From a virus: a stretch of 64,000 nucleotides of DNA. The first letter of the stretch is position 1; every line of letters begins with the position of its first letter. This document shows positions 28,778 through 37,244 of the stretch, piece by piece. A program made the translations under genes and the position numbers. A model generated the notes under the pieces. It had not been told where the DNA came from. It ran no database searches and worked only from the letters and a program-made list of their open reading frames with translations. The DNA is taken from IMG/VR virus record IMGVR_UViG_3300022213_000237, positions 96,001-160,000 of that record; one strand, 5' to 3'.

Positions 28778-30061
28778 TTAGAAACCATCAAAAGCCTTGA
28801 TGATTTCATCTAACGATTCATCTTTATCATGAGTGCTATTTACGTTAATAAAGCGGTAGTCTCCGACAACAAAACCAGGAGACGATTCCCACATGCTCTG
28901 TCCACACGCACTCTCAAAGAGGCCGATGGAAATTGAGTATTGGTCGGAGGGAATGAGGGCGCCGTTGGTGATTAAGATGGCGCCGTTACCCATATGAATT
29001 ACCGTGCCTACGTGAACGTGGCCGATAAAAAAGAGCTTGTATTCGTCGGCGTTAGGTAGGCTGGCGTTAATGCGATTGATTTGGGCCTCAAGATTTTTGG
29101 CATTGATGACACTGCCAGGATAGCCTGGATTCAACACCGTGTCTCCGTGGGTACCAAAACACCGCTGTCCAAAAGATTCGTAAGTCACGTATGGTTTTAA
29201 GGTGATGTCGAACTTAACGTTTTTAAGATTCTTAGCAGCGGTCTTAAGCGAGTAATAGATAATAGTAGCAAGGCTGTCTGTTTTTTCGTAAGTGGCACGA
29301 TCTTTATGACGTGAAGTAAAGCGATCGTGATTACCGGGAGCACAATCAACAATCACTTCCGAGAATTCCCCAGAAAAATATTCAATTGCTTGAAGTAGGA
29401 GGTGGATAGCACGAGCCACCTGTGCGGCGAGAATATCTCCATCTCGTAAATCATGAAGCTGGCCCTGGATGATGTCTCCAGCAAGATGAACACGCAATCT
29501 CGTCTCGCTTCTGTGGTCGCGTTTGTAATTACATACGGACTTGACCACATGGGCTAGCCGTCTAGCTTCTTCTACAGTCCCGTATTTAAGTGGACCATAT
29601 TTGGGGTCTAGATCGCTACCAAAATGAAGATCGCTTAGAAGTATGTTCAGCTCCCTCGTTATGCCTCCACGAGCTTTTTTAGGAGGCTTTACCGATAAGG
29701 CCTTCGATTTTGCGGCACCAATTTTATTCGATAACCCCTCAAATCTGTCCCAAAAGGCTTGTTCGCGTGCAGCCGTCTTTGCTTCTTTTCGATTCGTCGA
29801 GGCCGTGTCTCGTACTTGGACAGCACGTACCGGTATCTGTTTTCTGTCAGATAAGTCTCTAGAAAATGCGGCATCACGCAATGCTGTGAAGCCCCCAAGT
29901 TCTTTTATACGAGGAGCATTGTCTGATAACCATTTGTCTTCGTTTGCTTTCATGTACTTCTGAAGCTGGTTATATGCGAGGTCGTATTCTTTTACACCTA
30001 GATGTTCAGAGGCTTCTTTTATGTAGGTAGAAAGCTCTGTCTCAATAGACTCATCTGACAT
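28778..30061 (-). CDS. Calcineurin-like metallophosphoesterase
   Basis: SDLH, GDII, GNHD, HGD, GHVH motifs. Confidence 0.85.
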   Translation of the reverse strand: MSDESIETELSTYIKEASEHLGVKEYDLAYNQLQKYMKANEDKWLSDNAPRIKELGGFTALRDAAFSRDLSDRKQIPVRAVQVRDTASTNRKEAKTAAREQAFWDRFEGLSNKIGAAKSKALSVKPPKKARGGITRELNILLSDLHFGSDLDPKYGPLKYGTVEEARRLAHVVKSVCNYKRDHRSETRLRVHLAGDIIQGQLHDLRDGDILAAQVARAIHLLLQAIEYFSGEFSEVIVDCAPGNHDRFTSRHKDRATYEKTDSLATIIYYSLKTAAKNLKNVKFDITLKPYVTYESFGQRCFGTHGDTVLNPGYPGSVINAKNLEAQINRINASLPNADEYKLFFIGHVHVGTVIHMGNGAILITNGALIPSDQYSISIGLFESACGQSMWESSPGFVVGDYRFINVNSTHDKDESLDEIIKAFDGF

Positions 30062-30072
30062 TATTCAAATCC

Positions 30073-30645
30073 TTACGACTGCGCCACAGGCGCTTGCTCC
30101 GTAGAAGATTCGGGCCCAGATGTAACTTCTGGTGGTTTGGGAGTTACCATCCTGAATGCCTCTTGAACCTCGAAACGACTTCCGTTTAAATCCAAGATAA
30201 AGCCGGTAGCCTTACCGAGCATCTGTTCTTGGGCCTGGGGCGTAAATTGATCAAATCGTACCTGCACATAGCCGGGAGGAATTGGGTTTCCGTCTTTGTC
30301 GAGTTCTCGACCCACAACTATGCAATTGGATTCAAGAGTCGTGAGAGGTTCGAGAATACCTTTGGATTTGAGGTCTTCCAACATTTTCTTTTCCCGCTCA
30401 ACGGCTTCGGCTGTGCGCTTATCTCGAGCAAGCTGAATTTGCTCCTGTACTTTGGCGTCAAAATCAGGCCCGCTAACGGTAATAAGGGCGTTGATTACCT
30501 CAACCATGTTACGCATGGCGCCAGTTACCTGAGCAACCCGCTTGTCAACATCGTTTTCGATATATCCAGCAAGTCCGTTGGCTAGCTTCTCTAAGTCACT
30601 AAGGCGCTCTACAAGAGATTTTGGTTTGTCGTTTTCTGCGGTCAT
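30073..30645 (-). CDS. Hypothetical protein
   Basis: 190-aa ORF in the operon. Confidence 0.6.
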   Translation of the reverse strand: MTAENDKPKSLVERLSDLEKLANGLAGYIENDVDKRVAQVTGAMRNMVEVINALITVSGPDFDAKVQEQIQLARDKRTAEAVEREKKMLEDLKSKGILEPLTTLESNCIVVGRELDKDGNPIPPGYVQVRFDQFTPQAQEQMLGKATGFILDLNGSRFEVQEAFRMVTPKPPEVTSGPESSTEQAPVAQS

Positions 30646-30646
30646 T

Positions 30647-31519
30647 TTATTGTCCTATTGTGTGGGTTGGAGTTACGATATGTGTATCCGGATTTCGGAT
30701 CTCGGAATTAAAGTTTCTGAGACCCATTTCGCCGTGAGCTTGAGCTTGAGCAATCATCTCGTCGGGAGAAGGCATTGGTTTTGGTCCATTACGATCATAA
30801 GGATTAGGCGGTTCTCTAACTTGCCCCCTCTGAATCGAAACCGTACGCACTTCCCCATTAGAGAGGGTTACGTCCTTTAACTTTCCGGCAGGAGCTTGGT
30901 TTTGTGGCACGGCTGGTGTCGGAGCGTGTTGACGCTGCAGCGGCGCAGGCCTTACACTTTGTTCCGTCTGGGCAGCGGCTGCGCGCTGATGCTTGCCCGT
31001 ACCAGGGGGTCGACCTCGACCACGCTTGGGGGCAGCTAATTGGCCTAGCGGCTGTTGAACCGGGGCTACAGGTTTGGGGGCAGCCAGACGTGCGGGTTGT
31101 ACATCTGGTCGTGGTATAGAAGCAGGTTTACCTAGTAATTTGGCCGCGAATAGTTTGAGGACGCCCATTTCGTCGATATCAAACTTTGAACCCTTTGATC
31201 CCTGAGACTCGGTGTCGATACCCAGAAGAATGCGAAGACGTTCTTCAGCAAAGGTCTTGAATTCTTCTTCTACTGACAACGTTACCGGATCGTCACCCTC
31301 AAAGAGGGCACCCTGAATAATTTGCTCATAAAGCGCTGCCTTTGCGAAGCGAATGCGTGCTTCGGTCATGAGGTCGACTTCTTGTTGAACCTCTTCGGCG
31401 ACGCCACCGTCGCTCATAGCCTCAAAAGCGGCGTCTACGCGCTGCTGTTGAGTAAATTGCTGACTAAGTGATTCTATTCCTGTAGGGCTAACGGGGTACG
31501 CTTCTGGATCAAATGGCAT
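30647..31519 (-). CDS. Protein with AT-hook motif
   Basis: PKRGRGRPPG within a Pro/Gln/Ala-rich tail. Confidence 0.6.
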   Translation of the reverse strand: MPFDPEAYPVSPTGIESLSQQFTQQQRVDAAFEAMSDGGVAEEVQQEVDLMTEARIRFAKAALYEQIIQGALFEGDDPVTLSVEEEFKTFAEERLRILLGIDTESQGSKGSKFDIDEMGVLKLFAAKLLGKPASIPRPDVQPARLAAPKPVAPVQQPLGQLAAPKRGRGRPPGTGKHQRAAAAQTEQSVRPAPLQRQHAPTPAVPQNQAPAGKLKDVTLSNGEVRTVSIQRGQVREPPNPYDRNGPKPMPSPDEMIAQAQAHGEMGLRNFNSEIRNPDTHIVTPTHTIGQ

Positions 31520-31525
31520 AACGAC

Positions 31526-31544
31526 ATTGTAGCCACTGGATCTT
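31526..31544 (-). promoter_or_regulatory. AGATC-type promoter motif, leaderless start 6 nt downstream
   Basis: AAGATC CAGTGGC TACAAT GTCGTT ATG. Confidence 0.55.
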
Positions 31545-33417
31545 ACTTAATTGGACACGCACCCGACTCACACTCTGATCCGTCAATGTCGACACCACCA
31601 GAGATATCGCCTTCTAGGTCTTTGACTTTAGAGCTTAGTGTCTCGTATTGCTCTCGAGATATAGCTTCTTTGGGAGCCTGGACAAATCCGTGGTCGTTGT
31701 GACACAAAAAGCTAATGGTTTTGATATATTGAAGATTATCTGCAAGCCATGACTTAAGTTGCGGAATCTCTTCTTTTTTGTAGTAAACGGTAACACTCAC
31801 GCTTTGGTCTGCCCAATGCTTTTGTGCAAACTTGACAGTATCTAACTGTTTCCACGTGTTCCAGTCTTCGTCGGCTACCGGGGCTCCATCTGGAGCTTGT
31901 TCGTAAAAATCTACGACGACAGTATTGTGGTCCAGGCTGCCATCAAAACGCACCACGGGTTCAATATGATGACCGGCAGCAAGCAATTGAGATACAATAG
32001 GATCTGAAGCGCTGAATCTAATTCGCTGAATGTAATAACGGCTGTAGGCGGCGTGAATCCCCTCATACCCCTGCATATCCATCATCTTGGACATTGTGCC
32101 GGAGGGCTTAACGACCGTGGTCCGGATTGAGCGATTAACTCCATATTGCTTGGAAAATTTCTCGTCTTCGTCCTGGATTGCGGCATAAACACGATCCAAG
32201 GTAGGAGCCGTGAACAGAGGAGATTGCAGGCAGCCGGTGATGCCGATACCTACGCGCATATTTCGCTTAATGACTTCTTGCGCTCCTGGGATGTGGTATT
32301 TTTGCATTGCCACACGCTTGGCCCAACGGAACATAGACCTCGCGGCAAACTCAAATTCCTCGGCATCAATCAAGTTGGGAAGCGGCAGCTCGGCAAGATT
32401 GCATGGTTCAGCTTTTTTGGCTCCGCCTTCTAGTGTTGCTTCCGCGCACGGATTCGTTCCGTTTGCTGTATCTTTTTTCAATTCACCCATTCGTCCGTAT
32501 TTTTGGATATTGGTGATATTCACAATACCAAATGGCTCACCATGCTCGTACGTTTTCCAGAAAGAAGGGTGAAGGTCTTCGACATCATCACAAGCCACCG
32601 ATAAATTCGCCATGGCTCGGTGTGTTGGGATAGGTCCTAGATCCCATCTTTTGGATTTGAGATATTCCTTGTCCCAAGCATCGCCGATGATGATGATGGC
32701 GCTGCGGCGTACGTTGCCAGCGACTACCATTTCGCCAATCATGCAGAGAACATCCATCGCATCTATAGGGCGTACCATCTTACCTGAACGCGACGACAGC
32801 AGTTCGCATAGCTTCTCCACCATCTTAATGAGTGGTGCAGGTCCAGAAGCAGTGCCACCAAACCCCTTAATGAGTTCTCCCGCACCACGAATACAATACG
32901 TAGAATAGGTAAACGATTTGCCGGTTACAAAATATGCTTCGAGCACGCGCCACGTTAGTTGTACCCAGCCTTCACGGCTATCAGGCACAATAAAATCTGC
33001 ATCCTTAGTGAGTTTGTGCTCAATTTGGACACCGTTTTTAACGCGCGGCAATTTACTAGTGTATCTGTGTTCGATAGAGAGACCGACTCCGCCACCAAGC
33101 ATCAGAAGATCTTGGGCCATGACAAAATTTTCCCAATCTTCGGAGGTAGTGAACCAACAGTTATTTAGCGCAACACCACCCAAAGCTTTTTGACTAGGCG
33201 CACCTGAGTACCACCAGCCGCGACCTGCCGGACCGGCTTTGCGATTTAGGAGTAGGTACTCTAGCTCTTTGAGTTCTTTTTCGGGTACATTGAAGCCGTC
33301 AGTGTTTCCACGGATAATACGCTCTACGGTGTCAGGGAACTTTTCAAGTATGCCAGTATCCTTGCGAGCATAGGTACGAGTATATACTACACGGCTCAGG
33401 TTCGACCACGGTTTCAT
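31543..33417 (-). CDS. nrdJ: Ribonucleotide reductase class II (B12-dependent, monomeric type)
   Basis: RTYAR, PAGRG, NNC, GNVRRSA, TNPCAE, CNLAE, VKPSGT, C-terminal CESGACP. Confidence 0.9.
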   Translation of the reverse strand: MKPWSNLSRVVYTRTYARKDTGILEKFPDTVERIIRGNTDGFNVPEKELKELEYLLLNRKAGPAGRGWWYSGAPSQKALGGVALNNCWFTTSEDWENFVMAQDLLMLGGGVGLSIEHRYTSKLPRVKNGVQIEHKLTKDADFIVPDSREGWVQLTWRVLEAYFVTGKSFTYSTYCIRGAGELIKGFGGTASGPAPLIKMVEKLCELLSSRSGKMVRPIDAMDVLCMIGEMVVAGNVRRSAIIIIGDAWDKEYLKSKRWDLGPIPTHRAMANLSVACDDVEDLHPSFWKTYEHGEPFGIVNITNIQKYGRMGELKKDTANGTNPCAEATLEGGAKKAEPCNLAELPLPNLIDAEEFEFAARSMFRWAKRVAMQKYHIPGAQEVIKRNMRVGIGITGCLQSPLFTAPTLDRVYAAIQDEDEKFSKQYGVNRSIRTTVVKPSGTMSKMMDMQGYEGIHAAYSRYYIQRIRFSASDPIVSQLLAAGHHIEPVVRFDGSLDHNTVVVDFYEQAPDGAPVADEDWNTWKQLDTVKFAQKHWADQSVSVTVYYKKEEIPQLKSWLADNLQYIKTISFLCHNDHGFVQAPKEAISREQYETLSSKVKDLEGDISGGVDIDGSECESGACPIK

Positions 33418-33434
33418 TGTTTTGCCTTTTTAAA

Positions 33435-34061
33435 CTACATGATTCCATCGCATGGCGTAGCGCCCGCGAGAAAAGCAGCCGCCAAGCAAATGGCGTCAGC
33501 CGCATCGTTGTCTTTTACTTTTAAAGAGAGTCCGAATTTGTCGTTGACGTAACGAAGCGCCAGGTGCTTCTTGTTGATCTTGCCTCTAACGCCTAAAGTT
33601 TTCTTGTCCACAGAAATTCCTTTTTCTGTGGCTAGCTTTTTGGCCTTGGAAAGTTTGGCATTATTTTTCTTATCTTCTTTTGTCATCGTCAAACCAAGAG
33701 CCTGCCGCCAAGATGAACTTGAGAGGTAGATTACTTTCGCGGTCACACCACGAAGATGGATGAGAAGACTCTTGTGTATGAACTCAAGCACTTTCTGACT
33801 CCATCTACTCTTACCTAAATTAGTTTCTTCTATTACGATAACGTCGGGAGAGAAGCGAAGCACGAGGTCGAAGAGCATGGCGGCCATGGCCTCAGAGGCT
33901 TTATCGTAAGACCATGGGTACTCTCCAAAAGCAATTACCGGATGATCCAACTTAATACTCCCAAACTCTAACTTAATGCTCCCAAATATAGAGTCCGCAT
34001 CGTCTTTTTCGAGATACGCCCAACCAGCCTTCGTGGATATGTCCAGGGCGAGAACTTTCAT
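33435..34061 (-). CDS. RuvC-like Holliday junction resolvase
   Basis: VLALDIST..GW, VIVIEE, SSWR, DNDAADAI. Confidence 0.85.
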   Translation of the reverse strand: MKVLALDISTKAGWAYLEKDDADSIFGSIKLEFGSIKLDHPVIAFGEYPWSYDKASEAMAAMLFDLVLRFSPDVIVIEETNLGKSRWSQKVLEFIHKSLLIHLRGVTAKVIYLSSSSWRQALGLTMTKEDKKNNAKLSKAKKLATEKGISVDKKTLGVRGKINKKHLALRYVNDKFGLSLKVKDNDAADAICLAAAFLAGATPCDGIM

Positions 34062-34085
34062 AATAGGACCTTAAGATTGTGGTCC

Positions 34086-34532
34086 TTATTTAAGTGGCAG
34101 GGTTTGTACTTCATTCTCTTGCAGCAGTTTTTCAAGACCCAGTCTCTTAAGTTTCTCTTCCAAGAATGGAGTATCTTGAACCACAACAAAACAAAACACA
34201 GCAAAAGATAAAGCCAGCTTAATGGTGGCCAGAGGCATTACTGATGGCAGTGCCGCTCTGCAGCTACCCAGAATAGTAAAGTTCTGATCAATCTTCTCCA
34301 GTGAAGACAGAAGCTGTTCTTGGTACCCCTTTGAGATAAAAGTATCTAGTGGAGTGGTATCCGATAAATTTTTACATAACTCTGTAGAGAGAAACAAAGT
34401 TCGGTATTTAATACCTTTCGAGGTCTCTCCCTTAAGGTTATCGAAAGCTTCTTGGGTTAATTTGGCAGCCAAATGACTAGGAGTACTGTTAACCCAGTTA
34501 AGCTCCCAAACGTTGAGTTGGGAAAAATTCAT
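34086..34532 (-). CDS. Hypothetical protein
   Basis: 148-aa ORF. Confidence 0.5.
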   Translation of the reverse strand: MNFSQLNVWELNWVNSTPSHLAAKLTQEAFDNLKGETSKGIKYRTLFLSTELCKNLSDTTPLDTFISKGYQEQLLSSLEKIDQNFTILGSCRAALPSVMPLATIKLALSFAVFCFVVVQDTPFLEEKLKRLGLEKLLQENEVQTLPLK

Positions 34533-34539
34533 TGGTAAT

Positions 34540-34884
34540 TTATCCCTTAAGGGCTTCTGCTTCGGCGTCGTTCTGAATTATTGTGGCAGCAACCGCATCG
34601 CCAGAATCAGAAAGCATACGAATCAGGAATTTGCTTCGAAGCTTGTTGCGTTGCGTGATTTCGCTGTAACCACTAGATGCGGCTTTGACTGCATCTTTCT
34701 TGGCCGCGAGATCGCCGTCGGCTTTCTTTGCAGACTGATTGGCCTCTTCGTTCTTTGCCACCTCAGCATATTTGATGCGAAGTGCGTCTGTATTGAGTCC
34801 ATTAACAGAATCAATAAACGTAGGGTCAAATAGGTTGATTCGTTCTTCGAGAGTGAGTTTGGCTTTCTTGGCTGGTCTTGGCAT
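34540..34884 (-). CDS. Hypothetical helical protein
   Basis: 114 aa with AGGAG RBS. Confidence 0.6.
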   Translation of the reverse strand: MPRPAKKAKLTLEERINLFDPTFIDSVNGLNTDALRIKYAEVAKNEEANQSAKKADGDLAAKKDAVKAASSGYSEITQRNKLRSKFLIRMLSDSGDAVAATIIQNDAEAEALKG

Positions 34885-34907
34885 TTGTGATTTCTCCTGA
34901 AATACAT

Positions 34908-36953
34908 CTAGCTTGAGATCGCAAAACGAGAGACGTCGCGCTCGCTTTCGACGTCGATGTAGGCGGCAAAATATTCTTTGAGTTCGCTAGAATGGTCCAC
35001 GACCAGAATCAGGCACTCTTCTGCGGCCTTCTGCAGAATTTGCATACATGCTTCTTTGGTTGGGGGACAGTGGGCAGAAAAGGATTCGTCGAAAATCATG
35101 AATCCAGGGCGCACGCCGGTTCGCTGTCCAATCACTTTCGCAATGGAAAGATCGACTGCTAACTCCACCGACTCCAACATGCCGCCAGAGATGCCGCTCT
35201 TCAGCGACACCGGTTTCCCGTTTTTCAATACCACGGGCTTAATTTCCTGCTTCACCGCGCCTTTGGCGGTAACGCCCTCGCTTACGAAGGTGACTGTAGT
35301 AGTCGGTACATTCGGTACGGATTTGAGCAATTCGTTGGTTTCGGCAGAAATTTGGGCAAGAACTTCGTCGAACAACAGAGTCAGATAATGCTTAAGGGCT
35401 ACCGCTAAGTCGGCTTCCTCTGTATAAGATTTTCTTTTGCCTTCTAGAATTAGTTCTTGATTTTTGATATTGACTATCCCCGCTTCGTACTGGCGGGTAA
35501 CGTCTGCGTATGCACGCATAATTCTTTCGTTTGCTGACTCTACGGTCTTTATTTTTTCTCGCATTGCGTTTTGTTGTGCGACTAGAGCCTCAAACCCATC
35601 GTCAAAATCCTCAAGAGCCTTCCGCGCAACTTCTACCGGCTTGCGAAGTTGTTCCAATACCGCTGCATCTTCGGCAGCTTGTTGGGCCTCAAAGAGTTTG
35701 GCCTCATTATCGATACGAGACTTCTCTGCTTCGTATTGCCGACTCAAAATCTGATGGACTTCACTCATTTTCTCCAGCATCGGATGCTTGTATTGTTGGG
35801 CCTGGGCCAACAATTCGTTATACTGGATCTCGTATCGCGCCAAGAGCAATTCAAGTTCTGGCAACTTCACAATAAGCTCGCGTTGCGCCCTCCACTCAAT
35901 CTCTTTGAGGTCTAAAGCCTTCTTTGCGTCCTCCCATTGCCGCGAACACGTAGGACAGATGGACAGTTTCAACTTCTCAATTTCATTGCCGAGGCGTTGG
36001 TTTTGTTCCTGAACCTTCTTAGTGGTTACAATATCGTCTCTGAGCTTGTTCTTAAGCTGACCAATAGCAGCGGCTTCGTCGCTCATTTTTTTTCGCTCAA
36101 CTTTTTCTTCGATTTTAAGTTGTTCGATTCGGGTCCTCGCATCGTTGGCTTTGGCTACCAATTCATCTCTCTTGGAGAGGTCTACGACGTAGCTAAGCTT
36201 TGGTTTCTTATAAAAACGATTGAGAGGCTCCATTACCACCTTAAGAGCGTCTTCAAAGGCATGGCGTTTTTCGGCCATTACGTGGATATTGTTATCTATT
36301 TCTTCTAAATTCTTACGGTACGCGTCTGTAGATTCCAGTGAAGGCAGAGCAGGTTCCCTCAATTGGGTCTTCAGCGCCGTGACGGTGTGTTCAAGTTGAT
36401 CTACTTCTACTTTTAACGTGTTGCTCGTAGCTATCGCCACCGCTATTTGGTCCTCAACCTCTTTGACCCCTAAGAGAGTGGCGAGGAATTCGCGTTTTTC
36501 GCCATCGGTCATGGACAGAAACCGTCCACGTTCACCTTGCTGCCGATAAGTAAGGGCTTCAAGCAAGGTTGTGGGAAGGCCTGTGAGTTTTACGATTTCA
36601 CGCTCAACCTCTTTGGCGGGACTAGATACGGTCTCGCCTAACCGTGTAATCGAGAATTCTTTGCCCCGCTTGATGATGGCGGGTCCAGAGTCAGTATCTA
36701 ATTCCAGCTCCACCTGCATAGGCAGAGCCGAATAAAGATTTTGCTGTTCGGTCGCGGCGAAAGGGCAGAATCCGAAAGCGTAAGTAATTGCTAAAGGAAT
36801 TGTAGACTTACCGGAACCGCTACTGACCCCCGTGCGTACGTCTCGGCCACGAATACCTACCAATCCCGTCCTTGGCAACAGCGGGCTTGATTGTTTATCT
36901 TGAAAGGCTCTGAATGCCTGAAGAGTTATTTTACGAACATGGACTTTTCCCAT
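34908..36953 (-). CDS. SbcC/Rad50 (gp46-like) ATPase
   Basis: GSGKST, Q-loop, coiled coil with CPTC Zn hook, ISGG, FDE, VVDH. Confidence 0.9.
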   Translation of the reverse strand: MGKVHVRKITLQAFRAFQDKQSSPLLPRTGLVGIRGRDVRTGVSSGSGKSTIPLAITYAFGFCPFAATEQQNLYSALPMQVELELDTDSGPAIIKRGKEFSITRLGETVSSPAKEVEREIVKLTGLPTTLLEALTYRQQGERGRFLSMTDGEKREFLATLLGVKEVEDQIAVAIATSNTLKVEVDQLEHTVTALKTQLREPALPSLESTDAYRKNLEEIDNNIHVMAEKRHAFEDALKVVMEPLNRFYKKPKLSYVVDLSKRDELVAKANDARTRIEQLKIEEKVERKKMSDEAAAIGQLKNKLRDDIVTTKKVQEQNQRLGNEIEKLKLSICPTCSRQWEDAKKALDLKEIEWRAQRELIVKLPELELLLARYEIQYNELLAQAQQYKHPMLEKMSEVHQILSRQYEAEKSRIDNEAKLFEAQQAAEDAAVLEQLRKPVEVARKALEDFDDGFEALVAQQNAMREKIKTVESANERIMRAYADVTRQYEAGIVNIKNQELILEGKRKSYTEEADLAVALKHYLTLLFDEVLAQISAETNELLKSVPNVPTTTVTFVSEGVTAKGAVKQEIKPVVLKNGKPVSLKSGISGGMLESVELAVDLSIAKVIGQRTGVRPGFMIFDESFSAHCPPTKEACMQILQKAAEECLILVVDHSSELKEYFAAYIDVESERDVSRFAISS

Positions 36954-36956
36954 GTA

Positions 36957-37244
36957 TCATTCTTCCTGCTGATCAGTTTGCTCGTACTTTAGACGGTGAG
37001 CTTCTTCTCTTTCTTTAAAGAGTCTTTCCGCTTCCGAATATCTTTCAAGACGTACGGGCCTAATTCCGTCATCGAGCACTTCCATGGCTTGAGAAGTGGC
37101 AGCCCCTCGGTCATGAACTCCGATTGAGGAACAATACTCGTGAGAGCAATGAGTTGTACCCATACTTTCTTTAAATGCTTCCAAAGTCATCAGCCTCTTG
37201 GTCTTGTGTCCAAGAGAGCATGTAAAATTGTAGACTGGCATCAC
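36957..37244 (-). CDS. FmdB-like Zn-ribbon protein
   Basis: MPVYNFTCSLGH..CSHEYC. Confidence 0.6.
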   Translation of the reverse strand: MMPVYNFTCSLGHKTKRLMTLEAFKESMGTTHCSHEYCSSIGVHDRGAATSQAMEVLDDGIRPVRLERYSEAERLFKEREEAHRLKYEQTDQQEE

